Below, piece after piece: positions 54,080 to 64,000 of a stretch of 64,000 nucleotides of DNA. Every line of letters starts with the position of its first letter. Positions within the stretch are counted from its first letter, which is position 1. The notes beneath the pieces were generated by a model. It made no database searches, was not told the origin of the DNA, and saw only the letters and a list, made by a program, of their open reading frames with translations. The position numbers and the translations under genes were made by a program. The DNA is from an uncultured delta proteobacterium (GTDB lineage: Bacteria; Desulfobacterota; BSN033; UBA1163), in the NCBI GenBank assembly GCA_963827685.1, contig CAWHBU010000003.1, forward strand, positions 768,001 to 832,000, in the 5' to 3' direction.

Positions 54080-54796
54080 ATGACCGGCGATCCCAAAGAG
54101 AAGATCATCTTTGCCCTCGATGTTGAACACTTCACAGAAGCCCAACGTTGGGTGAAACTCTTGAAGGATCATGTGGGGGTATTTAAGGTAGGGAAACAGC
54201 TGTTCACCCATGCCGGGCCAAAGGTCATCCATATGATCCGTCAGAAGGGTCAGAAGGTCTTTCTCGACCTCAAATACCACGACATTCCTAATACAGTGGC
54301 CAAGGCAGGAGAGGAAGCCACCAAATTGGATGTGACCATGTTCAACCTCCACGCCCTGGGAGGTTTTGAAATGATGAAAAAGACCGTAGAGGCCTCCAGG
54401 GCAATGGCTAAAAGTCTTGGTATTCCAAGACCTATCATCCTGGCCGTCACCATCCTCACCAGCATGGATGAAAACGCCCTGAAGGAAGTAGGAGTTCAGG
54501 GTTCCCTTTTGGAAGAAGTAGGACGTCTCGCCTCCTTAGCTTCTAAGGCAGGAGTGGATGGAGTCATTGCTTCACCACAAGAAATCGGGATCATTCGGGA
54601 GAAATGCGGAGAAAAATTTCTCATTGTCACTCCGGGCATCCGCGCTCCTTCCGATAAGAAAGATGACCAGAAGAGAACCCTCACACCGAAAGAGGCGATC
54701 TCTGCAGGGGCTAATTATCTTGTCATCGGGCGCCCCATCAAAGAGGCGAAAGACCCCCTCGAAGCAGTTCAGAAAATTATCGAGGACATTTCATGA
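54080..54796 (+). CDS. pyrF: Orotidine-5'-phosphate decarboxylase
   Basis: ALD, DLKYHDIPNT, VTILTS, TPGIR, GRPI. Confidence 0.98.
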   Translation: MTGDPKEKIIFALDVEHFTEAQRWVKLLKDHVGVFKVGKQLFTHAGPKVIHMIRQKGQKVFLDLKYHDIPNTVAKAGEEATKLDVTMFNLHALGGFEMMKKTVEASRAMAKSLGIPRPIILAVTILTSMDENALKEVGVQGSLLEEVGRLASLASKAGVDGVIASPQEIGIIREKCGEKFLIVTPGIRAPSDKKDDQKRTLTPKEAISAGANYLVIGRPIKEAKDPLEAVQKIIEDIS

Positions 54797-54814
54797 TACG
54801 GCCCTCTGCTGAAG

Positions 54815-54931
54815 ACCAAATGCCAAATGTCTAAGCTCAGATTTCAAATTAAATTCAAAGCTCAAATGCCTAAGATTCTGAATTGTGAAATTTGACATTC
54901 ATTTGACATTGGGATTTTGACATTTGACATT
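54815..54931. repeat. Inverted heptamer array (CAAATGT)n / (TTTGACA)n
   Basis: Periodic units in both orientations between pyrF and rlmB. Confidence 0.8.
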
Positions 54932-54936
54932 ACCTT

Positions 54937-55680
54937 ATGTGTCCAATCATCTACGGGATTCATCCTGTCAAAGAGGCATTAAGATCGTCTCACCTCCAAA
55001 TCGAACAAATTTTGATCGGAACGCAAACCCTTCATCCTCCACTCCAATCGATCCTCGATTTAGCCAATAAGAGGAAAGTTCCCGTCACGTTTACTAAAAA
55101 GGAATCGCTTGAACGAATGACAAAGGGGGGCGTTCATCAAAATGTCGTAGGTCTCATTAAAGAGACGCTTTATGCAGATGTCGGAGAAATTCTCTCCCAT
55201 TGGAAGAGAGATGGGACCAAAGCACTTTTTCTCATCCTGGATGGGATCCAGGATCCACAAAATTTTGGATCGCTTATTCGAACGGCATCGGGATGTGGAG
55301 TCCATGGAATCATTATTCCAAAAGATAGGTCCGTTGGAATGACCCCGGCAGTGGTCAAAGCCTCTGCAGGGGCCGCTGCTCATTTGCCAGTTGCCAGAGT
55401 AGTCAATATTGCTGCCACGATCGATCTCTTAAAAAAAGAAGGAATCTGGGTCTATGGTGCCTCAGGGGAAGCGAAAGATCTGATTTACCAACTTGATCTC
55501 GACATGGATCTGGCTATTGTCATTGGGGCAGAGGGGAAAGGGATCAGACCCCTGGTGAAGAAAAAGTGTGATAGACTCTTCTCCATCCCGATGAAAGGCC
55601 CTCTTTCCTCTTTCAATGCTGCGGTATCTGGAGGGATGATCTTTTACGAAGTCATGCGGCAACGTTCTCTTCATGAATAA
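54937..55680 (+). CDS. rlmB: 23S rRNA Gm2251 methyltransferase RlmB
   Basis: IYGIHPV, LDGIQDPQNFG, GAEGKG, IPMKG..SFNA. Confidence 0.94.
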   Translation: MCPIIYGIHPVKEALRSSHLQIEQILIGTQTLHPPLQSILDLANKRKVPVTFTKKESLERMTKGGVHQNVVGLIKETLYADVGEILSHWKRDGTKALFLILDGIQDPQNFGSLIRTASGCGVHGIIIPKDRSVGMTPAVVKASAGAAAHLPVARVVNIAATIDLLKKEGIWVYGASGEAKDLIYQLDLDMDLAIVIGAEGKGIRPLVKKKCDRLFSIPMKGPLSSFNAAVSGGMIFYEVMRQRSLHE

Positions 55681-55841
55681 CCTCAACGGTTTAGGTTATG
55701 GTTAGGGTTAGGAGGCCCGTTTGGGTGAAGTTAAGGGGTAAAGTGAAACCCGTAAGACCAATGACCTAACCGAACTGCGAAACTGGCGTCTTTGCCTTAA
55801 CCTTTGCCGAAGACTGATTTTCTATGTAATAGGTAGGTACC

Positions 55842-56312
55842 ATGATCTCCATCGAGAGACCCAGTCAGACCAATTTAGAGATTGAATTCATCCTCATAGA
55901 TTTTGAGGGAACCCTTGCCTCAGATCGTCGGGTTCACCCCAAGGCAAAGGATAAGATCAACCTTCTCTCCAGGCGCGCCAAAATCTATATCCTGACAAAA
56001 GAAGAGCAAGAACATGCAGAAGAGGTTCTGAAAAAAGTCAAAGCGGAGATCATCTATTCGATGGAAGGAAAATCCTCCCAACAGAAATTGGGCTTATTGC
56101 GCCAATTGGGAGCGAGTAGGACCGTGGCCATTGGTAATGGAGTAGACGACGTCCCCATGATCGAGGAGGCTGGTTTTGGCATCTGCATATTAGGTAGAGA
56201 AGGAACCTTTTCAGAAGTGATGAAGAAGGCGGATGTGGTCTTTACGAATATTCTCGATGCCCTCGACTTTCTATTGAAACCCCTGCGCCAGAAAGCAACT
56301 TTAGGTAAATAA
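55842..56312 (+). CDS. HAD-family soluble P-type ATPase-like phosphatase
   Basis: IDFEGTLA, AIGNGVDDVPM, ADVV. Confidence 0.85.
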   Translation: MISIERPSQTNLEIEFILIDFEGTLASDRRVHPKAKDKINLLSRRAKIYILTKEEQEHAEEVLKKVKAEIIYSMEGKSSQQKLGLLRQLGASRTVAIGNGVDDVPMIEEAGFGICILGREGTFSEVMKKADVVFTNILDALDFLLKPLRQKATLGK

Positions 56313-56420
56313 AGGGTCTAAGGGGTCAAGGGTTCAGGGGGTCAAGTTAAATGACCAGATAGAAAATCGTAAAACTGAAAATTCCTTGAATCCATGAACC
56401 CTTGAATCCTCGAACCCTTC
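56313..56420. repeat. Inverted octamer array (AAGGGTTC)n / (CCTTGAAT)n
   Basis: Periodic units in both orientations. Confidence 0.75.
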
Positions 56421-56718
56421 AGAAGGATATCTACTTTAGAGGTTCCTCCCACTCATGGTATCGTTAAAATGAGAGGCAAGATCCTGAGATATAGAATGGG
56501 TCGTCTCTTCTCCTGACTTTCATCTTTATTCCGAAATTCGCCGTAATAAAAACTTTCAGTGTGGGAGGGGAAACATTATCTCCAGCAGAATTCCTGAAGG
56601 TTTGAGTGCTAAGATTCGAGTACTTTTTGCGTGGGGTCGAGGGAATTTAAAACATTACCGCCGATTAAATTTATGATTGCAAGACCTGACCCTCTTCCCC
56701 TATTCCTTCCCATCCAGC

Positions 56719-56817
56719 CTACCTGTTCTTCTTCTCCTTCTTCATCTTTCTCTTCTCTTTGAGGCTCATCTGCGGCGCCTTCTTGCTTTCCTTTACCCCT
56801 TTGCTTTTCTCTTTCAT
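56719..56817 (-). CDS. 32-aa lysine-rich small protein (below the ORF-track cutoff)
   Basis: GAGGAGG SD; MKEKSKGVKESKKAPQMSLKEKRKMKKEKKNR*. Confidence 0.65.
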   Translation of the reverse strand: MKEKSKGVKESKKAPQMSLKEKRKMKKEKKNR

Positions 56818-56966
56818 ACCACCCTCCTCTTTCTGGCTCTTCTGGTTAGGTTCTATGCCCAAAGTCCTGACAAAAAAGTGTCAATTTTCACCTACGTCCC
56901 TGTGTCGTGACGCATGCTCTATTGTGAATAGTGTAGACCTGACACCTATGTCTTTTGTGTCCTGTT

Positions 56967-57695
56967 TCACGTCCCTGTGTCCTGTTTCAATGACAGGTCT
57001 CTCCAAAGGTCACGTATTGGACGCATAGCGGTAAGAACGTCTAAGATTTTCGTTTCGTCAAGCTGCGGGCTGCATTCAGTGAGATTAAAAGCTCTTGCTA
57101 AATATACGTCGCACCATGATTTTGGATAGGGCTTAGTTAGAAACTTATATATTTTTTCTTGCTTGACAGGCTTGAATCCCCCTCTCCAGTAAACATCCCC
57201 ATCATAAATGAGATAATATTGACTGTCAGTCCTTCCCTCGTCAAACTCAATCCAAAAATAGAGCTGATTGTTCAAAGATTTGGCACAATCAAACATGAGA
57301 GGCCAAGCCTGGTTTATGGAAGATAGAAATCTATGCCAATCCCAATTTCTTTGAAGTTCCCACCTTTCAAGACGTTCATTTCTTGCTTTAGCTTTCTTCT
57401 GAGCCAATTTATGATCCTCTATGCCCTTTTCAACAGATACACCCACATAAAGGTTCGGCCCTCTTTTACTATCAATTTTAAGGAAATAAGAGGCAACCGT
57501 ACTAGGGAGTTTTGACTTCTCATACCACCACAAAGTATCTCGATAATTTTGTTGAGGCCACGAGCGGACAGCAAATTTCTCGCCATAATCGTTCGCAAGG
57601 ATATCTCTAATTCTGAGCGAAATCCTATCTTTCTCTTTAGGTTCATCTAATTTTATACACCCATGTAGCAACCACTCTCGTTTAATCGAACTCAT
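56967..57695 (-). CDS. Hypothetical protein, aromatic-rich
   Basis: Long ORF with AGGAGG SD before MSSIKRE; no recognised domain. Confidence 0.7.
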   Translation of the reverse strand: MSSIKREWLLHGCIKLDEPKEKDRISLRIRDILANDYGEKFAVRSWPQQNYRDTLWWYEKSKLPSTVASYFLKIDSKRGPNLYVGVSVEKGIEDHKLAQKKAKARNERLERWELQRNWDWHRFLSSINQAWPLMFDCAKSLNNQLYFWIEFDEGRTDSQYYLIYDGDVYWRGGFKPVKQEKIYKFLTKPYPKSWCDVYLARAFNLTECSPQLDETKILDVLTAMRPIRDLWRDLSLKQDTGT

Positions 57696-57746
57696 TTCCA
57701 TCCTCCTGATTAAGAAAATTGGGTAATGGACTCCTTTGTTTCCCAA

Positions 57747-58268
57747 CTAGAGTTTGGATTTGTTTTTTTCAGTGGCCAATATCGCATTAAGAAGATTCCG
57801 GCCTTCCGGGGAAAGCCCCCAAACCCTTCCTTGCTGACCTCTTGCTTCAGTAACAAGATGATTCTCCAACAACCAATTTATGGACGTCATAATCTGCTGT
57901 TTCCCAAGTGAAGTCTCTTCTTCAATTCCCGCAATGGTTCGCCAAGTATATCTTGGATTGCCCAGCACCTTAATCACGTGCCGAGTAGCATCATCGGTAC
58001 TATATACTTTAGAGTGGATTGCCAATCCTTTTTCTTCTCTCAAAGGCTCCGTCTCCTTTGCAACGATCGTGTCTAATTGTTCGCGCATCTCTGCCTCAAA
58101 GCCGGCTCCTCTGAAACGGCGGATTTTATCTATGTTGGCGAAGGAAAGTGCAATGGCGCCTGTTAGAATTACCAGACCCATCTCAGTTGGTTTGCCGACG
58201 TAGCCAAAATAGAAGCTAGCTGCTGGTATAAAGACAAATATGACCGCTTTGTAAACTTTCATTACCAT
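57747..58268 (-). CDS. Two-TM protein with winged-helix-like C-terminus
   Basis: Two hydrophobic segments, FRGAGFEAE, RTIAGIEEET...WLLENHLV...WGLSPEG; start approximate. Confidence 0.65.
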   Translation of the reverse strand: MVMKVYKAVIFVFIPAASFYFGYVGKPTEMGLVILTGAIALSFANIDKIRRFRGAGFEAEMREQLDTIVAKETEPLREEKGLAIHSKVYSTDDATRHVIKVLGNPRYTWRTIAGIEEETSLGKQQIMTSINWLLENHLVTEARGQQGRVWGLSPEGRNLLNAILATEKNKSKL

Positions 58269-58529
58269 TTCCCATAACCTCCGATCATTTATATCCTCAA
58301 AATGTATACCTAATTTTTCAATCCCCCGTACCAACTTTATTATGGATGACACTCGTCAGAAAGAAACTTATGAATTTGCGGGCATCCCTCAACCCCTCGA
58401 TTACGCGGTGTGATGCGTGACATGAGTTCTACAGGTCTTCGAGCAAGATGCGCGGCTGCACTCGCGGCCGGTCTTCCTTTCCAATCCAGATTAGTTCAAG
58501 CTTAATTTTGGAATTTCCAATAGTCATAC

Positions 58530-61445
58530 CTATTTCCCCACTTCATACTTGGCACCCCGCACATCAAATGCCCAGCGTGTCCCCTCAAGCACATCAGTCA
58601 CATACTTGGTCATTGCCGGATTTTCCAATGCCCCGGTTGTATATGTAATCGCGTTCCCTTTTGTCTTTTCCATATTGGCATAAACAACTTGATCGGCATC
58701 GCAAACCACTGCCAGGTTTGGATTGTGCGTAACGATGAAGACTTGTCTCTTCTTTCGGGCCGCCTTAATACAATCAACTAAGACTTTGGCGACAGTTTGG
58801 TTATCGAGATTGCCCTCTGGTTGGTCAATGATCAATGGCATATTCCCTTTATCAATGAGTAGGTAAAAGACGAGGAGCAGTGTTCCACGCTCCCCAGGAG
58901 AAAGCATGGACAGATCCTTCCCTTCCCAACGCAGAATATACTTTGGGCGAATGTATTCCAGGGCGTACAACAGATTGAATACTTCCTCCGGCTTTCTTCC
59001 CTTTACAAGTTGGTCCTTGAGTTGCGTTGGAAGAGGTGGATTTTCACGCTGGTCCACGTGAAGTGCATTGTCCGCTTTGTCGAGGAAAATCTGCACCGAT
59101 TCTGTCTCCTCCCATTTCGTGGTTTGAGCGAATTCGTCCGCCTTTGCACGTCCTTCATCAATTCCCATGAAGCTGCCACGCCTATTAAGGGCGAGCATTT
59201 CAAGCAAACGATTGGTGAAGTCTTCGTTGATCAACTCAGCACGAAATTCTAGCTTCAACTTATCTTTAGCAAGATCATGTGAATCGATGAATTCCTGAAC
59301 CGGGGCATAAAGGTTACGATATACTGCCGTCTGAGCAACCTTTTCTGCATGAATCTGGAGGGCACGTTTGGTTTGTTCAGCTTTCAGCTCCATTATTTTG
59401 GAAGGCAGATGATCAATCGCCACCAAAGCGGCCTGAAGGCCTTTCAACGACTCGGGATCATCGGCCTTCCCTTCTATTTTCGCGCGCTTCTGTTCCCAAT
59501 CTGCCAAATCCTTAAGGTAGGCTTGATAAACGCGATTGGGCGCATCAAGTTTTGAGTGAAGGTCAGAAATAATCGCCTCGACATTAGTAATTTGCATTCG
59601 CAGCCCTGGAGGATTATCGTTATCAAGTTCTTTCTTTATTTTCACAATAGTTGCATTTGCTTCATCCCGGATATTCTCGACTTTTTTACACCTGATCGAA
59701 AAAGTAACGAGGTCGTCCACCTTCAAGTTAAGCTCTGCTGCATCTTCAACTAACGATAACTTGAATACCTCGAAATCCTTCTGAAAATTCTCCAGCTTTT
59801 CGATTAGCCGTTTAGCTACGGCTAACCGGCGCTCCATAATGCCCAGGTTCTCGCTCGCTATAACAACCTGCTCACCGAGTGCCTTCTTTTTGCTTTCTGC
59901 CGCTGCGAGGTCCTGAAGCAGTACTGTATCCGTTACTATGTTATTCGGGGTATCCGATGGGTTGGGCTTCTCTATCGGCTTCGCTTTATCGTGTGATTGA
60001 AGTTCGAGTTCTCGCTGTTTGATTTTCTCTATGATCTCACGTTTAACGATTGGATCGGTTTGGGCTTCGAGAATCGCTCGTGAGCGACTGATTTCCCGAA
60101 GCTGTTTGATAAGAGAATCGATTCTCTTTTGTTTCTCACCCGTTTGAAATCGGACGAGATCATCAAGTGTTGCATGCCCTAGCCTTTGCGCCTCCGGGAC
60201 GTGGGAGAATATGACTGACTTGAGCTCCCGCTCGAACCCTTCCTCACCAAGTCCAACAAGCTCATTGCAGACCTTCTCAAGATGATCCTGGGGTAGATAT
60301 TTGACGCGTTCAACTTCCTCCGGCCTAATGATGTCTGCCAGGCATCGAGTTACATTTTCCCCAGATTCCCATTGGATTGTGGCACCAAAATAATTAGCAT
60401 ATCCTTCCGTTGGGTGGCGAAATCGTTCCTTGCAGAGAAAAGAAAACGAGTCAGCGTTCTTCGTCGCACCCAATAATCCCAGTGTATCGGAAAGTGCACT
60501 TTTGCCGCTACCCTTATTCCCCACTATCGCAACAAGGCCATTGTTAAAAAGAACCTCGCCACTAAACCACTGGTCGGAAATAGGAGTTTCTGGTTTACGA
60601 TGAAATGAAACGCTGCGAATGTGCTTAGTTGGATTCTGTTCGAGTCGGATTAATTCTGAGGGGCGGTCTCCTATGAACACACGGTCACAAGGTTCGCGAA
60701 GGACCATCAGCAGGCCACGAAAGGTAGGATCGGCTCGTAACCAAAGAGGAGCTTTAATCGAGTATTGGCTAACTCTGTGATTATCCGAACAAATTATCAG
60801 CGGTCTATCCAATCCTGTCGAAGGGAATATTATTTTTCGGTGAACATCAATATCTTTAACTTGGCCAATCTCCATCAAGTCCACCCAATTCTTCGTAATG
60901 TCATACTTAATTCGCTGTTGAAACTGCTCTTTGTTCTTAATTGACTCAATTGAATTGGATTTCTCCCCTGCATGAATTGAGACTACTCCCCCCAGCTTTC
61001 GTGCTTGTTCAGCTCCTTTTTCTATGGAAACATAAACCTTGTCATCACCCCCTTTATCAGAAATGGCAGCCGCCGTTAGCCCCAAGCTACCTTGGAGTGT
61101 TGTCCAAACATGGTCTATGTCACTGTCTTCAGGAAATATGCAAATGTAATGGATGGGATCGCCACCGTGGGCGTCTCTCAACTCGATCCCCGGTAAAACA
61201 GTCAGCTTGCCAGCCCCAAGCTCCTGCAGTACGCGAATCCTTTCAATATCCATTCTGTGATGATCTGTAATTGCGACAACGCGTATACCTTCTTTAAGAA
61301 GGCAGTCTACAATCTGAGTGTTTGATACGCCTTTATCTTCATAATCAAAGGAACTCGGCGTATGGAAATGCAGATCCCAACGGTGCCAAAGTGAGCCACG
61401 AATATCATGATATGTATCACACTGAGGATTCATATTAATCTCCAT
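58530..61445 (-). CDS. PHP phosphoesterase fused to an SMC/ABC-type ATPase (Ppl/TrlF-like)
   Basis: WDLHFHTP, AITDHH, PGIE, CSDNH, GNKGSGKS, coiled coil, LSPGER, IIDQPE, VTHNPN. Confidence 0.88.
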   Translation of the reverse strand: MEINMNPQCDTYHDIRGSLWHRWDLHFHTPSSFDYEDKGVSNTQIVDCLLKEGIRVVAITDHHRMDIERIRVLQELGAGKLTVLPGIELRDAHGGDPIHYICIFPEDSDIDHVWTTLQGSLGLTAAAISDKGGDDKVYVSIEKGAEQARKLGGVVSIHAGEKSNSIESIKNKEQFQQRIKYDITKNWVDLMEIGQVKDIDVHRKIIFPSTGLDRPLIICSDNHRVSQYSIKAPLWLRADPTFRGLLMVLREPCDRVFIGDRPSELIRLEQNPTKHIRSVSFHRKPETPISDQWFSGEVLFNNGLVAIVGNKGSGKSALSDTLGLLGATKNADSFSFLCKERFRHPTEGYANYFGATIQWESGENVTRCLADIIRPEEVERVKYLPQDHLEKVCNELVGLGEEGFERELKSVIFSHVPEAQRLGHATLDDLVRFQTGEKQKRIDSLIKQLREISRSRAILEAQTDPIVKREIIEKIKQRELELQSHDKAKPIEKPNPSDTPNNIVTDTVLLQDLAAAESKKKALGEQVVIASENLGIMERRLAVAKRLIEKLENFQKDFEVFKLSLVEDAAELNLKVDDLVTFSIRCKKVENIRDEANATIVKIKKELDNDNPPGLRMQITNVEAIISDLHSKLDAPNRVYQAYLKDLADWEQKRAKIEGKADDPESLKGLQAALVAIDHLPSKIMELKAEQTKRALQIHAEKVAQTAVYRNLYAPVQEFIDSHDLAKDKLKLEFRAELINEDFTNRLLEMLALNRRGSFMGIDEGRAKADEFAQTTKWEETESVQIFLDKADNALHVDQRENPPLPTQLKDQLVKGRKPEEVFNLLYALEYIRPKYILRWEGKDLSMLSPGERGTLLLVFYLLIDKGNMPLIIDQPEGNLDNQTVAKVLVDCIKAARKKRQVFIVTHNPNLAVVCDADQVVYANMEKTKGNAITYTTGALENPAMTKYVTDVLEGTRWAFDVRGAKYEVGK

Positions 61446-61555
61446 TTAGCCAAAACACCGTTTGGAGTTGCGTTGCCGCTCAAGAGCTTTAATCTATTTC
61501 TGCCTTGTCAACTTGTCTTCAAACGTGAGTCAATATACGACATGCTAATTGGCGA

Positions 61556-62846
61556 CTACTTACTGCCAGTTTCTTCCTCTCCGGAAGTCGGTGCCTCCAG
61601 TGCAAGCAATTCCAGTCCTTCAATTTCTTGTAGCGTTTTCCCGGCAATACCCTGTAGGTCTCCGTACATTCCAACCGTTGCCTGCATGACCCGTTCGATT
61701 TGCTCCTCACGCTTGGCCCACTGCTTGATAATGGCTTTCTTCTCCTTATCGAGATCTTCTCGCATTGAGGAGAACGCCTCGACAATGGCCTGCACGCGCT
61801 GTCGGAAGCGTGGACCAGTAAGGTATTGATAAATCATATCCATCTTGGTCTGCTGCCCTTCGGTTGCTTGACGTGCGCATGATACCTCAATCAGCGTGTG
61901 GCGAAGCGTTACAGCCACGGGTAGCGCCGCTCTTGGATGGGTCACCCACACGCCATCTATCAGGTCAAACGTTTGTACTTCTTTCGGGAGCGACTGGCTG
62001 ACAATCACGGCAACTTCCGCCTTGGCGGCCCGCTGGTCTTCACGGAGTTTTGTAAGCCACGCATCACTCCAGTTCTTGGTACGTTTTGACTCCCACAAAA
62101 TTGTCCCGCAGGTCTGACCAAACGGCCCGATGACCCGTTGTATTACATCGCCGCCACGTTCTCCTTTCGGAACGGGTTCAATCGTATCGCGTGGGAATTT
62201 CGTACGCAATAGGTCTTCAAGCTCAAGTTCTTGGACTTCTCCCTGAAGCTGCTGTGACCCTTGATCAGCTCTACGCTTGAGATCCTCGATCTGTTTTTGC
62301 ATTGACTTAATAGTCTGTTCCTTTTCCATTACCTTAAGTTTCAATTGATCCTCGGCCTCTTTCTGAGCCTGTTCTCGTACGGTAGCGAGACCCTCCTGAA
62401 CCCGCTTTTCGACAATTAGCTCCATCTCGCGTTTGGCATCATCGAGCCTCACGTCGCTTTCGGATAAGGTCTGCCTGCGCTCTCTGGGCCTCTGCCAGCT
62501 TTGCGTCCCGTTCTTTGAGTACGCTTTGAAGGTCAGTAATCTCCTTATCTTTCTGGTCAATGTCAGTTGCCAGAGCAAGTTTCGCCTTACGAGCTTCCTC
62601 TGCGGCAATTTTTGTGCGCTCCTGCCGCAACTTTTCACCCACTTGGTCATCAATGGTATCCTTTGCTTTGGATAAGGCCTCTTCCCGCTCTCGTAGCGAA
62701 GCCTCCCGCTTCGCAATGTCAGTGTCTTTTTTCGACAGGCGTTCCTCGTACTCCCGACGTATTGATTCGATGAGTGGCGCTGCAAGCGATTCCGTCAACT
62801 TAATCTCGGCCTTGCATTTCGGACAAATGATCGTTGGTTCTGCCAT
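61556..62846 (-). pseudogene. DUF2130-like coiled-coil protein with one extra G at 62447 (possible sequencing error)
   Basis: CPKC N-terminus, GSQQLQGEVQELELE, GGD, ILWESKRTK; RRE|LDDAKRE junction. Confidence 0.85.
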
Positions 62847-63148
62847 GTATTTCTCCTTAAAATATAGGGATACGATTGGGTGTCGTGTCTGGACTATTCA
62901 CTACTCGCGCGCATTCTTCAATTGCCCCCGGAGGCTTTTCCCAATCAAACCCAACATACCGCACGGCGCGAAGCACTGAGCGGATCTTCCATCGCAGGGC
63001 GTAATGTGTAAGTCGCAAAGGGCAAAAAAATTAAAAAATCCCGTTCTTTTGAGAATAGGCTCTGACCTCGAATGTCTTAAAGAATCACCCCCACCCCCTG
63101 CAGGGTTGCCTTCACTATACCAGAAATGGATCATGGTGACAATAATTA

Positions 63149-63164
63149 AGCATTTTTTGTGCCA
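63149..63164 (-). promoter_or_regulatory. sigma54-like promoter facing the island
   Basis: TGGCAC-N5-ATGCT. Confidence 0.55.
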
Positions 63165-63388
63165 GAAGAGTTTGTCTGTAACTTTTTGATTTAAAAGGTT
63201 TTCTAACAGCGGGGAAAATTAGACTGGTCAAGAATTGGCCAAAAATGTTCTAACCCGATGGATTGTACGAAACGGATAAGCCACAGAGAAACGGAGATAC
63301 GGTGATAGGGAAATTCGGAGTGCGGAATGCGGAGTGTGGATTGTGGGATTACTAAGGACTCCATAATAAAGAAGACAAATGTTTTCAG

Positions 63389-63462
63389 AAAATCTCCCCT
63401 CGCCCCTCTTTACCAAAGAGGGGTAATTCCTCCCTTTAGTAAAGGGAGGGGAGGAGGGATTT
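63389..63462. repeat. CCCCTCT/AGAGGGG double-hairpin repeat
   Basis: Closely matches 38988-39060. Confidence 0.85.
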
Positions 63463-63513
63463 AATCTATTGAGAGTTTAGAATTGAAAATGAAGCGTTGA
63501 TGAAGTCTGAGAA

Positions 63514-64000
63514 TTACGACCGGTAGGAGGCGTTGATCTTTACATAATCAATGGAGAGGTCTGTGGTGAGAACAGAAAATTGGCTCTTCCCTTGATGGAG
63601 ATCTACAGTGACTTTGAAGGATTTATTTTTGAGAATCTGACCAGCTCGTTCCTCCATCCGGCCACGTACCCCCATCCCTTTTTTCACGATCGGAGCCCTG
63701 TCAAAAAAGACATCAATTCCATTTGGATCGATCTGCACGCCGGAATGGCCCAAAGCGGAAAGAATTCTTCCCCAATTGGCATCCTCACCGAAGAAAGCGG
63801 TCTTCACCAATGGAGAATGGGCAACCGCATAAGCAGCCTGTTTGGCATCTTCCTTGTTTCGTGCTCCTTGGATCAATATTTCGATGAATTTCGTTGCGCC
63901 TTCTCCATCCTTCACCAGACTTTCAGCCAAACTCCGGCAAACTTTTGAAAGCATCGATTGGAACACCTCGCCATCCCGGTCCATGCGATTCAAAATAGGA
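63514..64000 (-). CDS. argJ: ArgJ ornithine acetyltransferase (5' part outside the window)
   Basis: DGEGATK, SPLVKTA, DANWGR, DYVKINASYRS. Confidence 0.96.
   Translation of the reverse strand, partial: PILNRMDRDGEVFQSMLSKVCRSLAESLVKDGEGATKFIEILIQGARNKEDAKQAAYAVAHSPLVKTAFFGEDANWGRILSALGHSGVQIDPNGIDVFFDRAPIVKKGMGVRGRMEERAGQILKNKSFKVTVDLHQGKSQFSVLTTDLSIDYVKINASYRS

Overview
Bacterial chromosomal window. The gene content (PASTA-bearing FtsI, PxxKW Cys-rich protein, sigma54 promoters) suggests a Desulfobacterota/deltaproteobacterial genome; this is inference. Core genes: the dcw cluster (mraZ to murG, minus strand), ligA, rarA, suhB, cbiQO, a LysM-NlpC/P60 hydrolase, an ECF sigma/anti-sigma pair, PBP1A, pfkA, tRNA-Thr(CGT), proS, pyrF, rlmB and a partial argJ. 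Accessory content: (i) a candidate ceramide operon (SDR reductase, serine palmitoyltransferase, GNAT-type ceramide synthase) facing an Aur1/IPC-synthase-like PAP2 gene; (ii) integron debris, namely a 3' intI remnant fused to a kinase-TPR remnant, a cassette-like TA pair, and a separate integrase-less cassette array with an attI-like site and one well-formed 58-bp attC; (iii) a candidate defence island (DUF2130-like, PHP-ATPase, TM-wHTH, orphan gene); (iv) four IS elements with identifiable target duplications (IS3, two IS630, IS1202-type); (v) many intergenic palindromic mini-elements nested up to four deep, plus inverted heptamer arrays. Also noted: a Braun-lipoprotein-like coiled-coil lipoprotein, a probably leaderless ligA, a candidate attenuator, and an unannotated 32-aa basic ORF. 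All family calls come from motif recognition by eye; no searches were run.
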